Shown: positions 25,125 through 37,112 of the stretch, piece after piece
Layout: every line of letters starts with the position of its first letter
Numbering within the stretch: the stretch's first letter is position 1
Assembly: GCA_026770705.1 (NCBI GenBank)
Contig: JANJGN010000210.1
Span: 434,001-498,000 of the forward strand
DNA length: 64,000 nt
Source of the DNA: Isurus oxyrinchus
Taxonomy: Eukaryota
Direction of reading: 5' to 3'
Made by a program: the position numbers and the translations under genes
Notes under the pieces: model-generated
The model's database searches: none
What the model saw: only the letters and a program-made list of their open reading frames with translations
Told to the model about the DNA's origin: nothing

Positions 25125-25200
25125 AGTATTTGTTAAGGTCTCTCCCACTGTGATTTCCCCAGTCACCACCCACACAGTATTACAAGTCAGCATGAAATCC
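25125..25200 (-). other. D segment (25153-25172, TGGGTGGTGACTGGGGAAAT) flanked by 12/12 RSS
   Basis: 3' RSS: CACAGTG (25146-25152), 12 bp, ACAAATACT (25125-25133). 5' RSS: CACAGTA (25173-25179), 12 bp, ATGAAATCC (25192-25200). Frames WVVTGE / GW*LGK / GGDWGN. Confidence 0.88.
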
Positions 25201-25527
25201 CCCGGGTAATTGCTGAGATTTCGGGACATCAGTTAAACAGCGGGGACTGCGGTTACCGGTTCCAGCTGTTAGACCAGGATCACATCTGGTGTTAGGGGTT
25301 TGTAACTGGGATCAGTCATTCCCAATCCCCATTCACTGACACCAATCCTGGGAAAGACATCACCATCTGCGCACACTCGGCATTTATAAAACTCAAGATG
25401 TTAACGGCAATAATCCAATCTAATTATAAACTAGACTGTGGGGCAGACGGTGTGAGGCGGAACTGTGGGGGTTTAACTGCAAATTAACTCCGCTTTTTCG
25501 TTTGTTTCTGTAATAATCTGCAGTGAG

Positions 25528-25565
25528 AGTTTTTGTATCGCGCGAAGGCGAAGCCCATCACTGTG
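25528..25565 (-). promoter_or_regulatory. 22-spacer RSS of the NAR-TCR-like V
   Basis: CACAGTG (25559-25565), 22 bp, ACAAAAACT (25528-25536). Confidence 0.92.
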
Positions 25566-25854
25566 TATGTGTAGTATCTGTACTGAGCTTTACAGTAATA
25601 GGTGGCGGTGTCTTCAACTCTCAGATCTCGAATTTCCAGCGAAAATGTGTTTTCTGCATGATTCACCGACACAATAAACCTCCCCCCGCTGGAGATCCGC
25701 TTCCACTCTGTCCCGGTCTGGGTTTCTTTGAAGAAATGTCCCGTTCGGAAATAATGCCACGAAGCACCGGAGAAAACACAGGTGATGGTGAGAGACTGAC
25801 ACTCCTTCCTGGTCACCGCTGCCGGGGTCTGTGTCACTGACTGACTGAAAGAGC
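25566..25854 (-). CDS. Unrearranged IgNAR-like (NAR-TCR) V segment
   Basis: SFSQSVTQTPAAVTRKECQSLTITCVFSG...GHFFKETQTGTEWKRISSGGRFIVSVN..TFSLEIRDLRVEDTATYYCKAQYRYYT. VNAR-type short FR2/CDR2 region, extra FR1 Cys, RSS follows. Confidence 0.93.
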
Positions 25855-26003
25855 CTGGAAGTTAAAGAGAGAGAGAGTTTAATGGGCATTCAGAACCGAA
25901 CCACAGAACGGGATTAAATCCTGGACAGTGTCTGTAATTGGGATGGACTCGGGCAGCCTGATATTCAATCCACACAATGTCTGTTTGTTTGACCGGTACT
26001 CAC

Positions 26004-26046
26004 AGGGGAAACAGACACACAGGGTGAAAACAAAGAGGATTCCCAT
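26004..26046 (-). CDS. Leader exon of the rearranging V
   Basis: MGILFVFTLCVCFP+T|gtgagt, phase 1, 149-bp intron to the V acceptor. Confidence 0.9.
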
Positions 26047-26070
26047 CGTTCTGCTGCCTGTAGCTGAGGG

Positions 26071-26293
26071 TTTATATGACGGGGAGCTGGAGACTGTAGC
26101 CCTGGACTGCACTGGGAGACCGGGCCTCAGAGCTGGACTGAAATACTTTCGCGGGTCCGAGTTGATTTGCATAGGGCAGTGTAGTTGAGATTGTAGATGG
26201 GCCGCACGGGTCCCGGGCCGCTGGCTAAGTGTTGTGTGAATTAGAGACAGGTTTACAAAAGGAGGCTGCAATTTTCTGCTTCTTCATTTGCAT
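26071..26293 (-). promoter_or_regulatory. IgH-like V promoter: TATAAA plus two octamers
   Basis: Minus-strand TATAAA at 26071-26076; ATGCAAAT at 26165-26172 and 26286-26293. Confidence 0.8.
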
Positions 26294-28819
26294 TGTGATT
26301 CAGATGTGAAAGCCCCTCCCACAATACTCTGGTCTACAGGGGTGGGGGAGGGGAGCTTTTCTTTCTGCCAGTTGTGCTGCCGCCTTCCTTTCCCCACAGT
26401 AATGAACTGGGAGGTCGGTGCATGTGTTTGTATTGGGTGGTGTTTGTTAAAGATGGAATGTGGGCCCAGGACACCAGGAGAACCCCCCGCCCCGATCTTA
26501 CTCCAATATTCCGGAGATTGTTTCACATCGCCCTGACCGGACTGGCGGGACCTCAGTTAGACTTCTGATCTGAAGGTCGGCGCCTCAGGCCCGGCATCTT
26601 CCCTGGCCCAGCAACTGGGGGCCAGGTTACAATACGAGGAGTCTAGTGACATTACCAATATCCTGGCAGATGTACACAACATACACAAAGACGAAGTAGC
26701 AGCTCGTTATCTTACTTGGCTAGGTGGCTAGTGTCTGCTGCGGAATAATGCCAATATTACGGGATCTGGAAGCATAGGAACATTCGAACATGAGAAGGCC
26801 ATTCAGCCCGTCGAACCTGCTCCACCATTCAATACAATCATGGCTGATCGAACACTTCAAAGCCTTTTTAAGCAGTAGTAATTCAGAAATGGCCGGGTGT
26901 GATGCAAGCAGACATGAGTGATGCCGCAATAAATGAGATTGGGCCTCATGCACCATAAATAGAGACAAAGGCTATTGTAATAAAAAGAGTGACATTATCT
27001 TGTGTAATACTGAGACAGGATGTTGCCTAACACTAATGGAGATGACCTCCTGCAGTAGTAACTGCGATATTACCTTGGATCACATTGACAAAGATGCAAT
27101 CTATTGCAAATAACTGAAAAAAGGAACGAATGCAATATAAAGTGAGATGTGGTCTAGTGTCATTCGATTGGGGCAGTGTCAAGTGTAATATAAACATTAG
27201 CATTAAAATGTTGTAGTCAGTAATAACAAAAATAGGGCCTCGTCTAACATAAGCGGAGGCAGATCTAATGCAATAATAGCTAACACATCATCTAATGTAA
27301 CAGTGCAGTGCAGTAATAAACGAGGCGACCTCTGGTTTAATATAAACAGAGGAATTGTGCAATGCACTAATAAATGAGTAATGCTTCATCCTTGAGTAAC
27401 TGTGTACGATCAGGCACTGAGCTCATGCACTGAGGTGTACATCACTCAAGTCACAGTAAAGGTGCTCAGATTCCTATACCACGACTTTGTTTTATTTTAA
27501 CTTGCTGTTTTTTTCTGTTAGCTGTGTGCTAATGTTTGCCTTTGTTTTCCATTGTTTCCTTTAGCGTCAGTCCCATCTTCCTTGTTAAAATCTGCAGGAT
27601 TCTCCAATGTTCATGTTTCCTGGTGTTGCTGAGGAGTCTTCAGACTGTGTGTGCATCCCAGAACTTCAGTCAGTGTTAGTCTCTCTTGTCCATTTGTATT
27701 ACCCAGAGCAGTGATGATCCCTTTCCCGCAGTTCACTGCACCATGTGCCATATGGGAGAATAACCATTACGAACCATTTACTTTCTGTGCCTTTATATTT
27801 ATAAATACATTTCTGCATCAATACCCTTCTGCTATTCTCGATTTGTACCACTAACTGTCCTCACCTCAGCATCATACACCTCTCTCTGTTAATATGTCTC
27901 TCTGCCACTCAATGTAATCAATCTCACCTTCATTTATGTCCCTCTATTAGTGTTTCTGTGCATTATTACCATACCGAGTGTTATTTTTATCAAACTCCCT
28001 ATGAATCGTCCATCGTTCTTAGTCTCAACTTTATATTCGGCATTGTGTAGGTGTCTGAAAGCATACAGACAGAAACAGGGCTAATCTGTAGACGAGGTAC
28101 ACATTCGCCTGTCACAGCTCAATGTTTCAAATCTTTAACTAGTGAGAGCAGACGGCACTGAAATTATTCACCATGGAGACCTCATTCGCTGATCTTCACA
28201 GGAAAATCTCTCTGGTCTTTAACCATGGAGGCCAGACAGGCATTGAGCCGATATACGACGGTGATGGTGGAGGCGGCGACGGAAGGAGGGGTTTTCATTC
28301 ACCGTCACCGAACATTGTTCAGATTTTGAACACTCGGTATAAAGTGTGGGGCTGATGCACCGTGGAACAGGCGGCATCGCGTGCACAGGGACAATGTTCC
28401 TTTCAATCACAGCCATCGCACGATTCAATAATTTTAACCCGTTCTCCCCTTTTCTGCTTCCTGCCTGGATTTGTTAACTTGATTTATTTATATAATTTCT
28501 GTTTTTATTTATGCTTCTCTCTCTCCGTCTCCCTCTTCCGTTTACAATCCACAGGATCCCCCGCTGCCAGGCGGTGAGAAATTCTCCGTCTATTTACTGA
28601 ATTCGCTGGACTTTCTTTACATGAGCAGCTGGGTTTGGGCGGCTGAAAGGAGTCGTGAGGTGCGGGGAGTCCCCTGGGGGTTCGGGGGTTGGGAGTGTCC
28701 CGTGGGGGGAGTTGGAGTCTGAGAGGTGGGGGGACTTCCTGGGAGTTCGGGGGTGTGGAAGGAGACTCGTGGGCGTCAGGGTGGCTCTGTACAAAGTTAC
28801 TCAGAAGCTAGAAGTGGTT

Positions 28820-29170
28820 TTAATTCTAACTTTCTGGGCAACTCTTGATGTCGGACAGTCGGAACCATTCGAGGTTTGCAATGTAAATTGTGTTTTCTGT
28901 TTGTTCCCAGTACAGAGCAATTGCCCATGGGAAGTTTCCACTTCCCGGACAATTGCCGTGTAAACCTTGCCTGGGAACTCCAGGCGGGGTGTTCCCCGGC
29001 GCATCTTCGGTGTATCCCCCTCTTACACGGCCTTGGAGCTCGGAGGCCATGGCCCAACAAAATGTTACGGTTGTCTTGCTCTTTTAAGGAAGCTCCTCCT
29101 GAATCTGAAACGAAGGATGAATATTTGCCCTTGTTTCCCGGTGTTCGAGCGCCCTCTGCTGAGCATTAAC
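28820..29170 (-). pseudogene. Possible heavily decayed TCR V relic
   Basis: Across frames: FQIQEELP*KSKTTVTFC ... GYTEDAPGNTP/PRLEF ... GNKQKTQFTLQTSN/RLSD, at roughly V-domain spacing. No YYC or RSS. Confidence 0.35.
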
Positions 29171-30014
29171 TGAGTCGCTCGTTCTGGCATTTTGACCGGG
29201 ATCCGCCGAATCTCTGCCGCAGTGTGGGGTTTGTGCACAGAAATACTCGGCTGCGCCGCAGATCAGAGCCTCAGCTCCGTTATCTTGGTAGTTCTGTTAA
29301 GTGTAGAAGAGAATTGACCAACAATGTCTGTCTTCTTGTTTTCATTCACATCGATCAGATTATTCGGGAGCTGTGGATGTTGCTCGGGCTGCTGACTATA
29401 CCAGAACAAATGGTTATGGAGCAAATATAAAAATAGCTGGAAAAACTCAGCAAGTCTGACAGCATCTGCGGAGAGGAAGACAGTTAACGTTTCGAGTCCG
29501 TATGACTCTTTGTATGGTTGTGGAGATATGTTTTCAAGATGCAGATCACGTGGTGTTACTGCCGTCTTCGGCATCGTTTCAGCTTCGGCATCATTTCAGC
29601 AACTGACCCGACCAGTGTGTGTGGATGGCTCCATCCTAACATAAAGTAGTCGGGTAGATGTCATCATTATAAGGATCATCATCACCATCATTTCAAGTAG
29701 CTTCATCACCTTACAATTAATAACATGTGGGTTACAGCAGTCAGGGGGAGAACGGATTTTTTCTGGGAAGGAAATACTTACTAAGAAGTGATATAATGAC
29801 GAGGACCGGGTGTGATGAAATTCCCCATGATGCTCCCTGAGTCTGTGACTCTACAGTCCGCCAAATCCTCTGTCAGGGCAGAAGTGCAGATCCCCGGCAA
29901 ACTGTACTGTTGATCCAACCAACGTCAAACCAGGAACAGTGGAAAACAACTTTCCATTTCAGAGGAAAGGCAAGGAAGGTCAGAGCGAAAGAAACGAACA
30001 GAACTATGGGGGAT

Positions 30015-31718
30015 AAAAACAAAAAAAACTGCGGATGCTGGAAATCCAAAACAAAAACAGAATTACCTGGAAAAACTCAGCAGGTCTGGCAGCATCGGCG
30101 GAGAAGAAAAGAGTTGACGTTTCGAGTCCTCATGACCCTTCGACAGAACTTGAGTTCGAGTCCAAGAAAAAGTTGAAATATAAGCTGGTTTACGGTGTGT
30201 GTGTGGTGGGCGGACAGATAGAGAGAGAGAGAGGTTGGGGGGGGGGGGGGGGGGGGGGGTTGGGGGTTGGGGGGTTGGGGGTGTGGTTGTATGGACAAAC
30301 AAGCAGTGATAGAAGCAGATCATCAAAAGATGTCAACGACAATGGTACAATAGAACACATAGGTGTTAAAGTTAAAGTTGGTGATATTATCTAAACGAAT
30401 GTGCTAATTAAGAATGGATGGTAGGGCACTCAATGTATAGCTCTAGTGGGGGTGTTTTTTTTATATAATGGAAATAGATGGGAAAAGGAAAATCTTTATA
30501 ATTTATTGGAAAAAAAAGGAAGGGGGAAACAGAAAGGGGGTGGGGATGGGGGAGGCAGCTCACGACCTAAAGTTGTTGAATTCAATATTCAGTCCGGAAG
30601 GCTGTAAGGTGCCTAGTCGGAAGATGAGGTGTTGTTCATCCAGTTTGCGTTGGACTTCACTGGAACAATGCAGCAAGCCAAGGACAGACATGTGGGCAAG
30701 AGAGCAGGGTGGAGTGTTAAAATGGCAAGCGACAGGGAGGTTTGGATCATTCTTGTGGACAGACCGCAGGTGTTCTGCAAAGCGGTCGCCCAGTTTATGT
30801 TTGGTCTCTCCAATGTAGAGGAGACCACATTGGGAGCAACGAATGCAGTAGACTAAGTTGGGGGAAATGCAAGTGAAATGCTGCTTCACTTGAAAGGAGT
30901 GTTTGGGCCCTTGGACGGTGAGGAGAGAGGAAGTGAAGGGGCAGGTGTTACATCTTTTGCGTGGGCATGGGGTGGTGCCATAGGTGGGGGTTGAGGAGTA
31001 GGGGGTGATGGAGGAGTGGACCAGGGTGTCCCGGAGGGAGCGATCCCTACGGAATGCCGATAAGTGGGGTGAAGGGAAGATGTGTTTGGTGGTGGCATCA
31101 TGCTGGAGTTGGCGGAAATGGCGGAGGATGATCCTTTGAATGCGGAGGCTGGTGGGGTGATACATGAGGACAAGGGGGACCCTATCATGTTTCTGGGAGG
31201 GAGGAGAAGGCGTGAGGGTGGATGCGCGGGAGATGGGTTGGACACGGTTGAGGGCCCTGTCAACGACCGTGGGTGGAAAACCTCGGTTAAGGAAGAAGGA
31301 GGACATGTCAGAGGAACCGTTTTTGAAGGTAGCATCATTGGAACAGATGAGATGGAGGCGAAGGAACTGGGAGAATGGGATGGAGTCCTTACAGGAAGCA
31401 GGGTGTGAGAGGCTGTAGTCGAGGTAGCTGTGGGAGTCGGTGGGTTTGTAATGGATATTGGTGGACAGTCTATCACCAGAGATTGAGACAGAGAGGTCAA
31501 GGAAGGGAAGGGAAGTGTCAGAGATGGACCACGTGAAAATGATGGAGGGGTGGAGATTGGAAGCAAAATTAATAAAGTTTTCCAAGTCCCGACGAGAGCA
31601 TGAAGTGGCACCGAAGTAATCATCGATGTACCGGAGAAAAAGTTGTGGAAGGGGGCCGGAGTAGGACTGCAACAAGGAATGTTCCACATACCCCATAAAA
31701 AGACAGGCATAGCTGGGG
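30015..31718 (-). mobile_element. Penelope-like element, 5'-truncated
   Basis: ORF 30560-31744 with PSYACLFM, YIDD and the GIY-YIG motif LLYIGETK; highly similar to 19265-21754; 3' terminal repeat at ~30015-30460. Confidence 0.93.
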
Positions 31719-32249
31719 GAGGCGGCCGCGGGCACTGTTGTCACTCGTAAAATCTAACGATAATGAGCTGAATTCAAAACTAACACGCTCAACAGAAATT
31801 ATATAATTCTGCCTGTCTGTAAGGACTGCGTTACGTTCATAGTCATTTCGAATCTGGGGAAAACAGTCTGGCGACAGGAATTAGGGAATTGTTGTATTAT
31901 TCCGTAATGACAGATACCTTCATAGTTGAAATCAATTAAATCAAGGGGCTGAATCTGTCGTGGGGAGCAGAACAACTGGGCATCCCATCCCAATGTACTG
32001 GAGCTGGGCTGTTGATTAACACTGAAATAAAACTTCCCAATTATGGGTCTCTAAGGAAACGTCACACTGATGGGCATAAATACGAGATGAAACGCCATTT
32101 TGCCTCAAGTATTTTTAAGAAAGTTTGTCAGGAGGTGGGAATCCACGGCTTTATGCGCCACCTGGTGGCCGAACCTAATGAATCTTATTTTCACTGATCT
32201 CACAAAACACGGGAACGGTGTGAGTTGCCCCGAGGCCTTTCTCAATGAG

Positions 32250-32540
32250 GGTCTCAGCACACAGTAATACATGGGGTTGTCAGCGACATGAAGCACAAAC
32301 AAGGTGAAAGCAGCTATATTCCTGGCTATTTTTCGAATGACTGAAAAGCGACATTTAATGTTTTTTCCACAAGAATGTGCCCGAATTACGAAAGCTGGAG
32401 CCGGGTTCTGGTTTTGACGATGAAGCAGCAAAAAATAATTTACATCGTAAGTTGAATAGATGCAACTGATGCTCATCGAGATGCCTCCAGTTATTGGGCT
32501 TCTGTTGACCACTGTCCGACTGAACATCCAGAACTGACTC
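32250..32540 (-). pseudogene. TCR alpha/delta-type V pseudogene
   Basis: Acceptor ctgcag| GVSSGCSVGQW, frameshift, then SISCIYSTYDVNYFLLLHRQNQNPAPAFVIR...RFSV...LHVADNPMYYCVLR. Conserved Trp lost; heptamer decayed to CTCATTG. Confidence 0.75.
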
Positions 32541-32607
32541 CTGCAGAAATTATTACATGGTTAACCATGGAAACATAATGAACAACAGATAACGAATAGA
32601 TGAATTA

Positions 32608-32752
32608 NNNNNNNNNNNNNNNNNNNNNNNNNNNNNNNNNNNNNNNNNNNNNNNNNNNNNNNNNNNNNNNNNNNNNNNNNNNNNNNNNNNNNNNNNNNNN
32701 NNNNNNNNNNNNNNNNNNNNNNNNNNNNNNNNNNNNNNNNNNNNNNNNNNNN
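32608..32752. other. Assembly gap (145 N) beside (GGAT/GGAC)n simple repeats
   Basis: N run. Confidence 0.99.
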
Positions 32753-34493
32753 GGATGGAGTGATGGACAGATGGAGGGCTGGACAGATGGACAGATCGGG
32801 ATTGGAGAGATGGATAGATGGGCGGATGTAAAAACAGAAAATGCTGGAAAAGCTGAGCAGGTCTGACAGCATTTGTGGAGAGAGAACGAGTGTTAATGGT
32901 TTAGAGTCCGTATGACTCTTCTTCAGATGGATGAATGGATCGGTGGAGTGTGGGTGGATGTGCCTGACATTTTCACCTTTACGATTGACTGCTCCATAAC
33001 TTACAGCAGGTCCTTTATTCCATTTGCGTCTGTCTGGTGCTTTCAGTCCTTCACGGATTTCTGAATCATTCCCATTCCTTGGCTGTTGACAGCTGACGAG
33101 CTGAACGTCACCAAGTGCAACCTGGAGATATCCCTGCCTGATCAGTGCCTGATGATCCTTTTCTGGTGATGCTGAATCTTCATCTTAAAGTTAGAAAGCT
33201 GTTTCATGACTCTGATAAGAAACGGGGATTATAACATGTGCAACATGTGGCCTTTTCACATCTAACAAAGCACTCAGCATAACCTCAACCAAATTACTTC
33301 AATCTCAGCAGAAACAAACCAGATGGTTGAATACATACATTCTTGCTGCTCTGTGATTCTGGTGCAGTCACACTATTCTGAACACCACGGGTAAAACGTG
33401 CATGAACTGTGACTTTCTTTACGGCAAAATATTGATTGTAAACCGATTGTCACAATGAAATATATCCGATGGGTATTACAGATTGTTGTCGCAAATTCAA
33501 AAGCCCTTAACCCCTTTAACCACACTCCCGAGATGCTTCCCATTCAGTACATTCGTGCAGAGAATCAATTCTTCACGAGTTGGATGGGTGAGGTCAGTAC
33601 TCCAATGAGATGTGCTCAGGATCGCCGCAATGGAGATTCTGGTTAGATCTGACATGGTGCATGAACAGGACAGAACTGAGTCGGTGAATTGGCTGAAGTG
33701 ATTTGAATCACAGTTTTGAACATGAATACAGAGTCAGTGCTCTATGGGACGATATGAATCCAATCTCATGTTTATCATATTGTTGCAGTTGCATTGTGAG
33801 ACGTTTTAGGATCGGAGAGAAACGGCGTTGTGATATGAAACTTCCAACGAGGAATCAATGTGGGAATATTCAGTAATTACCTTTCCACACAAATTTCTGC
33901 TCTGAATTTATACCTTGAAACCCGTTGCAAATGTTCGAAACTACGGCAAAATGAAGTATTAATATTGTTATTAATATGGTCATTAATATCATATTGGGGA
34001 AATCTTTTTAGGTAAACAGCACAGAGTTCCTTAATACACATTGATCCTCCCTTAATTGCAGAAAAGGATCTCTACCTTTAACGTGGATAACTACCTGCTC
34101 TGTACACATTGTCATTCATGTTCAATGTCCCACTATCAGGAGTAACTGTCGCTGTACCAACTAACAGAAACAGTGACAGACAAATGGAGAGATAGTTCCA
34201 GATCCATGTGTTATGGCGTAGCAGATGATATGTGGCCTGGTGGACCAAATCTACAGGGAAACATGGTCACACCATCACAAAGGTTCTCAATTTCTAATTA
34301 TTATGAGAAGATGAGTGAACTGCCTTCAGAGGTAACGAGTCCACTAAGACTTTTGGAGATTTTCAAAATTAAATTAAAATATACATTGACAAAATAAAAG
34401 ATTTCAAAAACATACATAATTCTGTAGCAAATTCTAAAATTCTCAATTAACCTGACTCTCAGTCACACACCTCTTGAAGGCAGCAGCCCAAAA

Positions 34494-34705
34494 TCATAGA
34501 ATCACAGAATCTCAGAATCACACAGTGCAGAAGAGGGCCTTCAGCTCATCGAGTCTGCACCAACACATGAGAAACACCTGAGCTACCTACCTAATCCCAT
34601 TTACCAGCACTTGGCCCATAGCCTTTAATGTTATGACGTGCCAAGTACTCATTCAAGTACTTTTTAAAGGACGTGAGGTAACCCGCCTCCACCACCCTCC
34701 CAGGT
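34494..34705 (-). mobile_element. CR1 3' end fragment
   Basis: (ATCACAGA)n tail and similarity to the reverse complement of 61080-61270. Confidence 0.7.
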
Positions 34706-35904
34706 ACTGTGACTGTAGATTTCAAAGAAAATCAGCAAGTTAACCCAGTAATTACTTGGCAGTGGAATTGTAAATGGTTTGCTCCAACTTCAGTTACTGG
34801 ACAGAGCCGGTTTATGCACAAAAGGCTGGAGGCTTCTTGAAGGCTATTTCACACACTCCATCTGACATGGCCCTTGCCTCACATAGCCTTTCATTCTCCT
34901 TTATGTATTTTTATCTCTCTTTAATATGTAAATTCTACTGTTCCATATGACTTTGGAGCGGTACCTTTCTCATAATAAAGAACAATTCATGTTCCAATAT
35001 TATCAGTAACCTTTGGAAAAAATAAACACACTCCTTAGCCTTGCTTAGCTGGCTACTTGTGAACTTAAAATCCATACAATCCTTTCATTTATGTAAAAAG
35101 GCAAACTCCCTTCCTTCCTTGCATTCTAAGCCAGCACCCATGTTTATTCATTAGCATTTCAAACACATTTCTACACCTAGCTTCTTTTGATAATTCCAAG
35201 TTTGCAGTCTATCTGACTCCAAATGTATTTAAATCACATAAACAGAACCAAGTTTACTCACTCCCATAAACCTACTTTCCCATAATCCAGAAAAATATTA
35301 TGAAATTATTATACTTTCGTCATAATAGGTGTTCCCAGGCTGTCATATTGCAAAACAATCTATATTTCTTGGTATTTTTGCCATTGATTATGTTAAATAA
35401 ACTTCAGCTGTGCCTCAATCCATTAATGGTTTAATCTATTGATAGTTCCAAACCTTCAACTTCCCCATACAAGCGATGGCTTGCAACTGAATGATGTTTC
35501 TCACTGTATCAAGAATCCTCCACACTTTCACCACTCCTAATCGATTGGTGAAATCTATTAATGATCTCCAATTCTGTAACGATTCAAGGCTCAATGAATA
35601 TTCTTTTGTTTAAGGAAATGAGCTAGTTGGTCCACAAATCATTTGAATTACTGTTAAGTTCTGGTTAACCAACAAACTGGTTGGATCTTACAGTACAACT
35701 CACACAGTGAAGTAGCTGTACTGTTGTCAGATTCAAGATCACACCCACAGTCAGTGCCTGTCCTACCAGCGGAACTCTACGATAGGGTTTGTGGTACCGC
35801 TGGGGCCAGGTCCAGTCTGATTTAACTACGTACCCATGTATAAAGTTGAGCCATTGGATGCCTGGATTTCTATTTATTTATGTCATATTCATTCACAAGG
35901 GACT

Positions 35905-36235
35905 TTGGTTGTCAGCTGTGGCTCAGTTGGCAGCACTTTCCCCTCTGACATTAAACTGGGGGCCGTCTGCCCTCTCAGGTCGATGTGAAAGATTCCATGG
36001 TACTATTCCATCTGGGTTATCCCCGGTGCCTTAGCATTTATCAGTTAATAAATGTTTTAAAATACGCAAAGGTGCAGATTACCTGGTCATTATCATATTG
36101 CGGTTTGTGGGAACTTGCTGTGCTCAAACAGGCTGCGGTGTTTCCTACATTACAACTGTGAACATACATCCTAAGTGCATTTTTGGTTGTAAAACACTCG
36201 GAGACTTCCGGTGATCGTGAAAAGTGCTATAATAT
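35905..36235 (+). mobile_element. Deu-domain-type SINE (another copy ~62100-62345)
   Basis: A-box-like gtggctcagttgg; core ggtttgtgggaacttgctgtgctcaaacaggctgcggtgtttcctacattacaac. Confidence 0.6.
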
Positions 36236-37112
36236 ATATATATTCTTTTCTTTTTTTCCTTTTCCATTTTATGAAGTATAAGTGCAAAATGAAAAGTGTT
36301 GCATTAAGCCTATTATTCATAGACTTCTAGAATGAACCCACGCTCCCGGCTGGGAAGGAGGTCATTCAGCTCCTCAGGATTGTACCAGCAAATAAAAAAA
36401 AAACTATCGAATTTGCCTCATACACTCTCACCACACCCACTACCCATCCCGCAGTCGCCTCCCCGCCCCCACCAACACCCACCCCCCCACCCCACCCCCC
36501 CACCTACACCCATGCTGTTTCCCCATAGCCCAGCAATTTATGCCCATTGGAGATCATGTCTTCGTTGATAATGGATCAGATTCTGTCCAGTTGTCCCACT
36601 TATATTGCTCTGGACCATGGGGCCTTTTATATTATGTAAATCTGTTTTTTAACTATTATTTCACTACATCATACCCGAGGGTTTGGAAGATATTGGAGCG
36701 GAAATGATGAATGTAATGGGGTAAGAAGGAATAACGTGACAACAGAAATAGTGTGAAACTTGCTGGAGAGCAGCAAGTGTTTCATTCCTTTCCAAGCAAG
36801 GGAAATAATAAATCGGGGTTTTAAAACTGAGTAAATTTATGTCAGATATAGGTATTATCATTTGCACAACGTATCACACCCTCAACGTTTATGTCAGGAG
36901 TTTCTATTTAATGCTGAGCGAAGCACTTAACACAAATGCAAAGACTGGTGGGTATATGCTCACCATTCTTGGAATAATTTAGTCCATTTTCCAACAGAAT
37001 TATAGAACAGAGGTATTCGTTGTTAAGGGAATGCGCAATGTCTTCTCAATCAATGCTAACGATGTTAAACGAACAGCGAATACATTTTCAATAAAATAAA
37101 ATCTGGAACATA

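Noticed and set aside
28130-28430. Faint Ig C2-like motifs on the minus strand (AVIERNIV..C..TLYRVFK..GE*FQCR)
   Set aside because: Requires several frameshifts and has no convincing splice sites; cannot be supported without a search.
31722-31729. NotI site at the 5' truncation of a Penelope copy as a cloning artefact
   Set aside because: No vector sequence adjacent; a single 8-mer is insufficient evidence.
34209-35327. Solo-LTR-like segment (TGTTATG...CATAATA)
   Set aside because: Imperfect terminus, no TSD and no second copy in the window.
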